A DNA stretch of 64,000 nucleotides, taken from NCBI GenBank assembly GCA_964276515.1, contig OZ193909.1:13454001-13518000 (forward strand), given 5' to 3'. Within the stretch, counting starts at the first letter, position 1. Every line of letters starts with the position of its first letter. Below, piece after piece: positions 52,084 through 64,000 of the stretch. This DNA comes from Gordius albopunctatus. Its lineage: Eukaryota. Both the position numbers and the translations under genes were made by a program. The notes below the pieces were generated by a model that had not been told where the DNA came from, made no database searches, and saw only the letters and a list, made by a program, of their open reading frames with translations.

Positions 52084-55000
52084 TTCTTCTTCTTCTTTAT
52101 CAGTTATTTGGTCCCACATTGGTGGGGTTTGTTTTGATGAGTCTCTTCCATCTTGACCGGGTTAGTGCCATGTCTTGACGAATCTCTTTAGTTTCCATAA
52201 CTTTATCGACTTGCCTTTTCCACGTGACACGGGGTCGTCCTCTTCCTCTCTTCCCCGGTATTTTCATGTCTAGCACTTTTCGATTTACGTCATCCGGGTC
52301 CCTTCTTAGTATATGCCCATACCACCTTAGCCGATTTTCGTTAATCATGTCCGCCATAGGTTCAATACCCATTTTTGTCATGTGAAAGTCATTCGTCATA
52401 TGGTCGAGCTTAGTATACCCCAAGCTCCACCGTATTATTCTCATCTCCGTGGCTTGTAACAACTTTCCTTCCGTGGTGCTTAATGCCCATGTTTCACTTC
52501 CATAGAGTAACACCGGTCTTACGATGGATTTGTAAGCTTTGCTCTTCAACCATATTGGCATTTTCTTGTCGCACATTACACCGGATATACTTCGCCATTT
52601 AAGCCATCCTTTTTGAATCCAGGCATTGATTTCAGTTGCGCAACCTCCCTCTTGATGTAGCATAGAGCCGAGGCAATTAAACCTGTCTACTTTTGGGTAT
52701 TTTAGGTGGTCATCCAGTGATGGGGTGCTTGTACCGTTCATTTCCATGTATACCGTTTTTCGATCGTTGACCTTTAAACCATATCCAGCTAAGCGCTTTG
52801 ACCACTTTTCTGCTTCTTCGAATACCTTCTCCCTTGTTTCCTCGCATAGTACTATATCATCGGCATATAGCATACACCATGGCGATGGCTTTTGAAAGTC
52901 CCTCGTTATCGTGTCTATAATTATATTAAATAAAAAGGGACTTAAAGCAGAGCCTTGATGTAATCCAATATTAACCCGAAAAGGTTTAGAGTCTCCAACT
53001 GTCGTCCTAACGCAAGAGTTTGAGGCTTCATAGATATTTTTCATAAGCCGTATATATGCGTCAGGGATATTTTGTTTCCTTAGGCACCGCCATATTAAAT
53101 CGCGGGGGACCGTGTCATAAGCTTTCTCCAAGTCGATAAAAACCATATGTAGGTCTTTCCTCTTTTCACCATACTTATCCATCATTTGTCTTAGGGCGAA
53201 GATTGGGTCGATTGTAGATTTGCCGGCCACGAATCCGAATTGATTAGCCGATATTTCCACCTCGTTTTTCAGCCTTGTTACTAAGATCCTTTCCAAAAGC
53301 TTCAAGGAGTGGCAAGTTAGCTTGATACCTCTGTAATTGCCGCAGTCCTGAGGGTCTCCTTTTCCTTTGAATAAGGGTATAATCGTGCTTGCTCTCCATT
53401 GATTAGGGATTCGCTCTTCTACTAATATCTTGTTAAGGAGGTTCGTCATGGTGGTGACTCCTTCTTCACGACATCCGAGCAATGCTTCCATAAGTATTCC
53501 ATCTGGGCCATTTGCTTTTCCTTTTTGCATCTTGTTCATTTGTGTCCTAACTTCATCCTTCTGAAAGAGTTCGACCATACTTATAATTGGCTCAATTTCG
53601 GGAAGGGAATCCTTGTCATTTGCAATATTCATAAGTTTCTTAAAATATTCTTTCCACCTTTCCACCACTTCCTTCGGCTTGAATAAGGTTTGACCCTTCT
53701 CGCTTTTGACTATTTTAAGAACTCCGACATCTCGACTTTTCTTCTCCCTTATCTTGGCCAATTTGTACATAAGCCTATCGCCCCCTTTATGATCCAGTTT
53801 GTTTGCCATCTCGGTGTACGCAGCATTCTTCGCTTTTGCAACGGCCCTTTTTGCGGCCCTCTTTGCGTCCCTGTACTCTTGATAATCCTCCGACTTTTTT
53901 GATTTATGCCACAGTCTATATAGATCTTTCTTTATTTCGATGAAATCTTTAACCCATTGATCCCACCACCATAGTTCCCTATTCATAGCTTTGCCTCCTT
54001 TGGTCTGTCCTAGAACACGAATCGCTGTTTCCTTAATGTCCTTAGATAGCGTTTCCCAATCTTCGTCTACGTCCCTTTGCAACTTCCTTGCACCCAAGTG
54101 TGAGGAGGCTTTTTGATGGTATTCTTCGTTCGTCGACGTATCCTTTAGCCTTTCGTATCGAATTCGAGGTTCATATACCTTTCTTCTTTCGGGAAATACT
54201 CTTCTGTCAAGATCCATAACAAGGGGACGATGTTGCCTGGCGATTTCTTCTCCCGGTATTACTTTGCAATCTTTATACTCTATAAGTCCTTTCGCCGTAT
54301 AAGCAAATAGTCGATTTGACTAAAATGCTTCCCACTTCTATAGGTCACAATATGATCTTCGCACTTTTGAAAATAGGTGTTAACGATCGCCATGTCATAT
54401 GCTTGGGATACTTCGAGAAGTTTTTCCCCTTCTTTGTTCTTCAGACCATGCCCATAGCCTCCATGATTGCGTTCATACCCGAGGCGATCTTTCCCTACGT
54501 GAGCGTTGAAATCGGCCCCAATAATTAGCCTTTCTTCCTGTCGGATTCCTTGTATTTCCTTTTCCAATGATTCGAAGAATATGTCTTTCTCTGATTCCGA
54601 ACACCCAATTTGGGGAGCATACGCGCACATGACGGTTAGGAGGCCCTCTTGATCTGCAATCTTCACCCACATTAGCCTGTTGGAACAACGCTTGACTTCC
54701 ACCACCTTGTCCTTGAACAATTCGCTTAGAAAGATACCGACCCCGTTTATACGATTTGATGATCCACTGTAGAATAGTTTGTAGCCTTCTCCTAACTCCC
54801 GAGCTTTGGTTCCGTTCCACAGTGTTTCTTGTATGCAGGCGATGTGTACCTTTCTTCTTTTTAACATCTGTGCGACCTCGATGCTCTTCCCCGTCAACGT
54901 TCCCACATTCCAGCACGTAATTCGCATTCTTTCCACAACTAGTTTCCTTAACCGCCTTCGTTGTGAGTTGGGCAGTAACCCTAGTGTATTTTTCACATTT

Positions 55001-55171
55001 CACGGGCGGGGTATGCAGTGCGCGTCATTTGTGGAGGACGCCCTAGCCTTTTCTTGTAAAATCTCGTTTGAAACTATCATAAATTTTGGAGTTGATTTTT
55101 ATAGCCAGTTTCCGACCTGACGCCAACCCTCCACTTTTTGCACACGGACTTAGGACCGTCGTAGGTAGTGT
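52084..55171 (-). mobile_element. Full-length RTE-clade LINE (~3.1 kb)
   Basis: 16-bp TSD ttgcctcttgctaaac (52068-52083, 55172-55187), (GAA)n tail, APE plus RT coding region. Confidence 0.97.
52100..54996 (-). pseudogene. RTE APE-endonuclease/reverse transcriptase polyprotein with one frameshift/stop lesion at ~54275-54282
   Basis: WNVGTL, CIQET, GVGI, YAPQ, GADFNAHVG, QIDY, then KDCKVIPGEEIARQHRPLV in shifted frame; KANGPDGI, NYRGI, QFGF, FIDLEKAYD, GLHQGSALSPFLF, YADD. Confidence 0.95.
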
Positions 55172-55566
55172 TTGCCTCTTGCTAAACAAATTGTTAAAAA
55201 TACTGAAATTTATTTTAATAGTAGTAATTTTTTTTTGTCTAAGTAAGGCTAATAAAAGGGTATTTGCAAACACCCTTTAAAGCAAACTTGCCCTTTTTCA
55301 GACCTACAAACATGACTGGCCCTTAATGGTTTGCCCCTTCTGAGACCAAATTTGGAAAGATTTTAAGGTGCGTAAATTTTTTTAATCTCTTCACATGTGA
55401 TTAATAAATTTTATTATCAAACATTTTTTGTTTTTAAATTCTAATACTTAATAAACACGGGATGTTTAATTTGTTACACGCAAGTTTCAAACTAATAAGA
55501 ACGTTTTCTTACGCGAAAATTTTTGGACATTTAGAGCTATTATATATATTGAAAATATTACATAAA

Positions 55567-57409
55567 ACTCGGGCCTTCGGCCCTCGTGGGAAGGGGGAAG
55601 GGGAGGGAAGGGGGAAGGGGAGGAGGGGAAGGAAGGGGGAACTCATCTACACTCCGTATAAATGTATCATATTTGCTATGCAATTTATGGAAATACTTAC
55701 GTGAATATTGCAAAACGAAGGTTGGAAGCACTAAATAAGTGTATATGCCAAATATCATAAAGGGGGAGAGAGGGAGCGAAGGGGAAGCTTTATGGTTAGT
55801 TAAATTCTACGGGAGTTGTATTACCAAAAAGTCATAATAGCAATGGTAGGAACAGGAACAATCATAATAGTCAAAAAAAACGAAAAAAAAATTTTCGAAT
55901 CACATTTTGGCCAAAGGTCATTTTTTCCATTGGTCAGCAGCCAGGACACGGTAAAAGTGGATATAAATTCATAATAGTCAAAAAAAAACGAAAAAAAAGT
56001 TTTCGAATCACATTTTGGTCAATGGTTATTTTATTCCATTGGTCAGCAGCCAGCGGACGGCCAAAAAGTCATAATAGCAATGGTAGGAACAGGAACAATC
56101 ATAATAGTCAAAAAAACGGAAAAAATAATTTCGATTCACATTTTGGCCAATGGTCATTTTTTTCCATTGGTCAGCAGCCAGGACACGGTAAAAGTGGATA
56201 TAAATTCATAACAGTCAAAAAAAAACAAAAAAAAAGTTTTCGAATCACATTTTGGCCAATGGTCATTTTATTCCATTGGTCAGCAGCCAGCGGACGGCCA
56301 AAAAGTCATAATAGCAATGGTAGGAACAGGAACAATCATAATAGTCAAAAAAACGGAAAAAATAATTTCGATTCACATTTTGGCCAATGGTCATTTTTTT
56401 CCATTGATCAGCAGCCAGGACACGGTAAAAGTGGATATAAATTGATAACAGTCAAAAAAAAACGAAAAAAAAATTTTCGAATCACATTTTGGCCAATGGT
56501 CATTTTATTCCATTGGTCAGCAGCCAGCGGACGGCCAAAAAGTCATAATAGCAATGGTAGGAACAGGAACAATCATAATATTCAAAAAAAACGAAAAAAT
56601 AAACTCGGATACACATTTTGGCCAATGGTCATTTTTTTCATTGGTCAGCAGCCAGCGGACGGCCAAAAAGTCTTATTATCATTGATAGTAACAAGAACAA
56701 TCATAAGAGTCAAAAAAACTCCGGGATTCTAACCCAAAAACTAGATAAATTGCATAGCAATTATTAAAAAGTATAGGGTAATTATCAATGTTAACCTATT
56801 CAAAAACGAACAAAAAATTTTGATTTATTTGGCCAATGGTAATTTTTTTCAATTATCAATGATAACTTATTCAAAAAGGAAAAACGAAAAATTAGGATTT
56901 ATTTGGCCAATGTTCATTTTTTCATTGGTCAGTAGCCAGCGGACGGTCAAAAAGTCATATTATCAATGGTATTAACAAGAACAAAATATTAAATTAATTA
57001 AAAAAATAAAAATTTTGCCCTCTCCGGGATTCGAACCCACATTAAATAGAGGCATAAGCCTTTGGAGGGGAACAGGGAACCATATAAATAGAGCCATAGG
57101 CCCTTGTAGGGGAGGGCATAGGGTAATTATCAATGTTAAACTATTCAAAAACGAAAAATTAAAAATTTCGATTTATCTGGCAAGTGGTCATTTTTTCATT
57201 GGTCAGTAGCCTGCGGACGGTCAAAAAGTCATATTATCAATGGTATTAACAAGAAAAAAATATTAATTTAATTAAAAAAAAAAAAAAAATTTGTCCTCTC
57301 CGGGTCTCGAACCCGCAACCTCCAGGTCGGGAAGCTGGTGTAAATAACTTGGTAGACGGACGGACGGACGGACAACCAAAAACGAGCCCATAAATTGCAT
57401 AGCAATTAA
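55567..57409 (-). mobile_element. Helentron/DINE-like non-autonomous element with expanded tandem array
   Basis: Same termini as 50758-51901; (GTCC)n microsatellite at 57355-57372. Confidence 0.82.
55824..56712. repeat. Tandem array, 237-bp dimeric unit (two related subunits)
   Basis: cagcggacggccaaaaagtc recurs at 56051, 56288, 56525. Confidence 0.92.
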
Positions 57410-60400
57410 AAATTCGGTTTCTTAAAGGTTTAGGGCGAGGCAATGTTTAAGAGTTTCATAATTAATTTGTTAATTTGGATGTTGCAAATTTACACAAAAA
57501 TAAATGCACTATAAATGTTTTAAACAGCTTTCAGCTATAGATAGATAAAAAATTTATACAATAGTAACTAAAACTCATAAATCTACTAACATTCACGGCA
57601 ATCAATTGTTATTACTCTCGCACCATAGTTGCGGCGAGGAATAAAATGTGGATCAATAACATGATAATAATCATCACGCCTTCTCAACCGCATTCCAATC
57701 AATAATAACAGTAATAATAATGATGATAATTTGTGGTAAATTTTATCAATATTTGTTAAACAACCCACGTCCCCACCCCTCAATCGATTACGTCACATGG
57801 GTAAGGAAAACGAATACCCCCCCCCCGCCCCCCGAAGTATATAACTTATTAATATTGATAAATAGGAGGCATATTAGACATATTATTTATTTGATAGAGT
57901 GGGGAGGGGAAAGTCAGTTGCACAAGTAACTTAACTGATGAATCTCTTAAAAGGGGCGATATCAAGATTTTCCGCTATAAAATCTCGAAGGAGTCACAAA
58001 GCGTGGCAACAAAAGGCAAGTTGTGGAGCTGGAGAGAAGAGGAATAGCAGAGTTAGAGGGGTATCGTCTCGTAGGTATAAACTAAACTTTTTGCTGCCAT
58101 AATATTTTGCACGTGTGCGGAAGCGTTTCTTTCAATACCATTCACTGGCAATGGATCCTGGCTGGGGGCTAACCTTAATATATCTATCTCTCTATATTTA
58201 TTAGAGTTAACGCGCTTTACATTTACTTCTCGAGAAGTGAAATATACTATATTACTGAATGGGGGGCCGGGGGGCCGGGGGGGGGGTAAGAGAGAAAGAA
58301 GGAAGAATGGCTAGGCTAAGAATCAATAATACAAGATCCACCACCACAACACAAATCTCTATTCCCTTGTGCAAAGCTGAGGAATATATATGTAATATTG
58401 CTAGTTGTGAGGGTGAAGAAGCATTGATTAGGGTGGGGGGGGGGGAGAATAGGGGCATAGACCGGGGTAATAAGCACCGAAGTTATATTTACATAAGCTT
58501 TCGCATCAAAACGGTTCAGGATCATACATATTATACACACACTACATATTACACACGTAAGAAAGATCATAAAATCAAAGAGAAAAATACCTTCCCCTCT
58601 CATGATTATGCCATCGTTGCATATTACTTTGTAAAGTCATTCGATTCCTTTGGCAATAATCTATCGATGATATTAATATTAGTTTGATTAAAATCTCTGG
58701 CCGATTATTATTTTGTACCAAAATCAATCAATTTATATTTTCGACACCCACCCAATATTTTGCTTTGTCGAGCGTGTTTGTTTAAGTGATTTGCATTTCC
58801 CGGTTACCCACATCATCTTCACACGTTAGACCTTTCTGATTTAGGCAAATATTTTATCATCGATTCGAAACCACTTGAAATTTCATAGGTGAGAGTTCTT
58901 GCGTTGAAACATTTGGTCAAATTTATTAATATATATTACTATCTTTAGTTTTAAAATTAAATATCGCTTTAAATGAACACGATATTATGCTGATATATGG
59001 GTGGCATTTTTATATTACCGCATTTAATTGACCGTTTACTCCATAATTTGTCTTTTTAAACAATTTTTGTCATGTAATTGATAAAAATTCAAAACATAAA
59101 TTGCATAGCAATTAATAAGTTGGCGCCTAATTATACCTTATATTTTAAGAGATTACCCCTAAACCTAAATTATATAACTAGACCATGCCCAAATTATACA
59201 ATTTTGATACAAGTGTCACATTTTTGCCCACGTCCCCTAATTCATTACCCAACAATTTACAATAAATTTTTCTAAATTCGACATATGTGCCAACAATTTT
59301 TCAGATTTATTTGAATTTCTAACCTTTTCCATTTCAATAAATTCTCATTTATTATAATTAACAAGCCTGTTTTTACCAATTTTTACGGTATCTGTCTGTA
59401 GTTCTTATTGAGTTATGCGAATGCAAAATTTCAAAACTAAGTTAATTCTTATAACATATTTTTTTGCCTTCAATCTCCGCTTTTCAGTTAATCTCAGATC
59501 TTTAACTCTGCAAGACTAAACTTAACTTTAGTGGTATCCATAATTTATTAGTTCTTTGCAAGATACCTCTGTTTAAAATGTTCAGGTTATTTACTCCGAA
59601 ACCCCTTAAAACGATTACGAGAACCTAGGCCTTAACCACATATTTCTCCTTCAAAACCGATTTGTATAAAATTGTTTTACAATAAAAATAAGACTTATAT
59701 AGCGGTAGGCTTTTACTTTTTTTGAATCAAAATTTTGCGAACTTATAAGTTATTTTATTTGTCATAATAATTAAATTAAGAAATAAGTATATAGTCTTTC
59801 TAATGGAAATTTTTTAGGCCTGCAAGATGCTTAAAATTTGCACTTAAGATTATTTTTAAGCATTAATAATAATATAGTGAATTCGTATCATTTCTCAAAT
59901 CTATAATGAAAAATATAATATTAATCAAATGTATATATCGCTCGCACCCATCAAATATAAGCTTGGTTTGGCGCAAATATTACTCAAATATTTATTTAGC
60001 CCTAATAATCATGCTTTCAAGCATGTAATGGCTGCAATATATATTATTTATTTTAACAATATTTTTTTAGCTATCAAAATTATTTATAATATTTGAATTC
60101 AACATAAATGTTTGGTTGGATTAGTTATGTAACAGATGTTTGTTAAATACGATTGCCATCCTTGACTCATAAAAAATTTCCCGTCAATAAAATCTAATCT
60201 ATTCACACGTGTCTCTAACTCTTTTATCTTCATTCCACCACGACTCTCGTATTTTTAGGTCTCACTACCTTCCATTACTTCTTGGATTTAAATGGCCCGA
60301 GGCGATTTCACACTTGCGATAATTGAAACGTGTGCTTTTGAAAGGTTACAAAGTTTTGGATATGCCTAAACCACAAAAATTAATACACCAGCGTGAACAT

Positions 60401-62841
60401 TTAGAAATAAATAAATTTCGAATGTTGAATTTATTGACCATTAAAGAATTAAGAAATTTTAGTAGCCGCCCCTCTGAAAAAGGTGCAGATTATTGTTAGA
60501 CTAGGGTACTGTAAATTCAAATGTAATTTTAATCCATTTACTTTTTACAAAAAATTAGCGCATAATGTTTAAAATGTTTTGAAACAAAACTTTAAAGTGT
60601 TTATTTATACTAAAACTTTTATTTTCTTATAATTCTTGTCAAAATTTATGATAGTATGGTTTATATTACATAATATTTTATATTAAAATATTTAAATCGC
60701 ATTTTAAATAACTTCCAAACTTACTCCGGGCTTAACAAAGTCCAATCTTTAAGACCCATTTAAAATTCTTAATAATTTATTTACTAATATTTGAACTAAA
60801 CCCTAACACTAAATTCCGAAACAATTTCCTATAATTGCCTCCTAAAATAATCTTCAAACACATTTTTATTGCTATCCAATTATGTATAAATTTGAAAATG
60901 ACTCTATCAAACAATAACTCAATTTTAATTATCTGATAAATCAAGATTCTTTTATAATTAGTGTAATAAAAATCCAAAATAGCCCCACGCAAATTTAATC
61001 TTTGCTAGGGTTTTGAATCACTTTGTACAATATAGCCCTAATCTACTATCACATATTAAAATAGCCTTATGAATTATATACTTAAGACTCCTTGGGGTCA
61101 TATTGACCCCTCATTGCCGTCCTGCTATGGATTAATTTTTGTCATTATTTAACAAACGCGATACCAGACAATCGAATTGGGGCGATTGAATAATTTATTA
61201 ATGACCTTGTATTAAAATTTGGGACAAACCAGCGGGAAGGGGGGGGGTCATGAGAGGGGTGAGGTTAGGGGGCATTGTCTTGGATTGAGTTAAATTGACT
61301 TGGATTTAGGTCGCAGCGCATTGTGGAGGCAGATTAATGAAGGTAAATGAAAACCCCGTTCGCCCCATTGTCACCCTAAATGGGGACAAAATTAATGTCG
61401 CTAATATGTAGTAGGTGATACACTTTAATTAATTTTTAATCAACACCCAATATTGTGCAACATGCTTTGTGATGATCTATTAGTTGTATTTCCTAGATTA
61501 AATTGAATCCCGTTTGCTCAAACCACCTTCCTGACTTACTCTTCCTTAGGCCCATGTTGTTTTACCGTTAAAATTTTCAATTTACTTCCGATCCCATTTC
61601 CCTCTAACCCGCATAAGAGATCGATGCAGTTTCACAATTTGTAATTTGTCAATTAAGTTGCTATTATCGGCCAGTGGGGGATGGACTTGCTCCAGCAATA
61701 ATCATTTATCAATAAATGATTATAGCTTTTAATTTACTAATTTATTCTTTAATTTTTTGCAGACATTATTTAATATGTTTCATTATAATATTAACTACTT
61801 CTAAACAATGTTACCTTTTGTATAAGCACCTTGTTTGCAGCGAAAAATGGAAAGTAAACTTAAATTTTATAGGTATAATTTATTATTATTCATAAAGTGG
61901 CGGTAGCCTATAATGTTAACCATGCATTAATAGTGAATGTTAATTAAGCCATCAAGTAGGTCGTGGTATAGTGTCCTCGTAATAGGAATGTTTGAGTATG
62001 TCGTCGACTGATTTAATGAAGATAAATGATTAATATTATGTATCTAGGTAAGCTGGAGTGATTTTATTTACCCTTCTTCCTCGCATTTTCCTGGCTTTTT
62101 GCAAAAAACTGCCACTTAATTAAAATGATAAATCCTCATAAAAAATAGAGAGAGCTTTTAATGTATTTTAGCCCAAATAACAAATTAATTTTTAGAATTT
62201 TGAATTAGTATATAATATTTGAGGATCCGAGTGTCTTCAATATAACATGGAACTAGGTCAGTAACTCCCCAAATGTTGGTCTAAAGTCCTCAAATTTTGA
62301 AACACCTTTGCATTATATGAATTTGCAGGATTTTGAGAGCGAGTATTTTTCTTTTTAATTTTCTCATAGGCTCATTGGCAGACCTTTTGGTTGCCCCCGA
62401 GCTGAATCTCATTGAAAATTTTAGGCCGAAAATCATATCTCTAAAATATTAAATAATAACTTAGTAAAAAGTCTATAAAACACCTATATTTTTCGTGTCA
62501 TTCACTTAAATTCTCTTAGCATTTAAAAGACATTTGAACTTTTACAAAAAAATTTAATCAGCATTTTTATTTATCCTTTTTATTAATTTTAAGGAATACA
62601 TGAGCGAATGTATTGAAAAACATATTTTCCAGCTGTCTAAAGAAATTAATTAGCAAAGAAAAGTGTTAATTGTAGAACTTATTTTGACTTATCTAATCAA
62701 TTAAAAGAATGAAAATTACATATTATATCAGATCAAATTTTGTTATACATTGTATGCTTAACAGATTATTGATAACTATTTCGAATATAGCGATATAACT
62801 AAAGCTATTTTTGGCTTATAATAAAACTTTTTTACACGTAA

Positions 62842-63179
62842 GGGCTTGTCTTAATATCGGATTTAGCTGCGCAGCAAAAATCGTCGGACGGGTTATAACA
62901 TAGCCCCGTGTCTTAACTTCGAATTCACAATAACATAACAGCGATTTTGTAAGATGCAAATTTTTTCCTAAGCTTAAATGTTGTATGTTGTTAAATTTAT
63001 AGGCATCGACAAAGTTTAGATTTAATATCTAGAGTTAAAATAAATAAGGAACGTTTTTAACTATCAAAAAACAAAATATTATTAATTGCAACCGAGTTTG
63101 ACTAATGAAATTGAATCGAATATTTAGACAAAGATAAATTCGCGCGATTTGAATCTGAATCCGATATTAAGACAAGCCC
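62842..63179. mobile_element. PIF/Harbinger (Tourist-like) MITE
   Basis: TIR gggcttgtcttaatatcggat / atccgatattaagacaagccc, TAA TSD. Confidence 0.9.
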
Positions 63180-64000
63180 TAAGATTAATCAATTTTTAGA
63201 AGCTTAGAATTAAATTTAAAAAGCCAAATGTTTTATATCTTTTTTAATTTTATGCATTTCTTTTAGGAAGTATCAAATGTAATTAAATCGATATCCCTGA
63301 CACACTTAAGGAACAAGAGTCTACATTAAAATGTTAACATATATCTCAAATACATGAGAATTATTTCGAGACATATGACTAGTTTTAAAAAGTGTTGTAG
63401 TGAAATATAACATGCTAACGTTATTTTTATTGGAATCAAGGACATCACAATACTCATGACTGTTTTGATTTCTCCTTATTTTGTTTTACGAATTAAATAT
63501 TATAATTAGTTTTAAGTTAGCTAAATTAGGCGATCATATACTGAATTTCATTGTATTTTATTACAATTTTTTTTATAAATTAATTTCAAATAGTAATTTT
63601 TAGACTAAGACTATGAGAGATCGGGCTCTCTCGACCATAAAATATCAAAAAGGCGTAGACAAAAATTTTCGACCGATTTTCCTATATTTTTTTCTTAAAA
63701 ATGTTCTTGTCTACTATGTTTATTAGAGGGAAATATAGTATAGCAACACAGTTGATATATTTTTTGTAGGAGGGTTCAAAAAAGGCCACGCTTATAACTT
63801 CGAAAAAGGACTGGGGTCAACGCAGGGGCGTACGCAGGATTTTTCTGCGGGGGGGGGGGTTTAAATGAAAATCATATTAATTTTACAATTTATTTAAATA
63901 CAAACACATTCACAAAAGATATTTATTATAAACGTCATATCATATAATTTGATGAAATAGTATGGGAAAAAATTATCTGCAATATTTATTATATAATGCG

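Noticed and set aside
53690..55280. Several overlapping ORFs (53690+, 54316+, 54473-, 54806+, 55086+)
   Set aside because: Alternative-frame or antisense shadows of the RTE element
56022..56732. 236-aa ORF with 79-aa repeats
   Set aside because: By-product of a 237-bp (multiple of 3) tandem repeat; homologous units elsewhere are frameshifted by A-run length changes
57291..57340. Functional tRNA gene
   Set aside because: No D-arm/A-box or complete acceptor stem; treated as relic inside a repeat
58259..58687. 142-aa ORF
   Set aside because: Low-complexity G-run start, no recognisable domain, composition drifts to background
62380..62430. PELNLIENF resembling Tc1 SPDLNPIENLW motif
   Set aside because: Too short and degenerate; no TIRs or other motifs identified

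Overview
AT-rich eukaryotic (invertebrate-like animal) genomic DNA with spliceosomal introns; no prokaryotic features. Two host genes can be rebuilt by hand, both on the minus strand: a multi-exon VPS33B (Sec1/Munc18 family; ATG at 9950, 12 exons traced down to 296, 3' end unresolved) and a promethin/LDAF1 (TMEM159)-like gene (23359-24839, possibly with an upstream exon at 34696-34990). Most of the remaining recognisable sequence is nested transposable elements: Hermes/hobo-like hAT copies and hAT MITE families with 8-bp TSDs, PIF/Harbinger MITEs with TAA/TTA TSDs, non-autonomous Helitrons, Helentron/DINE-like elements with internal tandem arrays, four RTE-clade LINE copies (one full-length with a 16-bp TSD), a truncated RLE-type (CRE-like) retrotransposon and a DIRS-like RNase H fragment. 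Most notable: (1) an inverted duplication of a hAT transposase with ~1.4-kb arms inside a VPS33B intron, a Mu-killer-like candidate hairpin-RNA locus wrapped in intact Helitron ends; (2) an 80-bp target-site duplication around the RLE retroelement; (3) tRNA-like modules inside the Helentron-like repeats; (4) a sharp CpG-depletion footprint over the 5' exons of VPS33B. All homology calls are from motif recognition by eye, not database searches.
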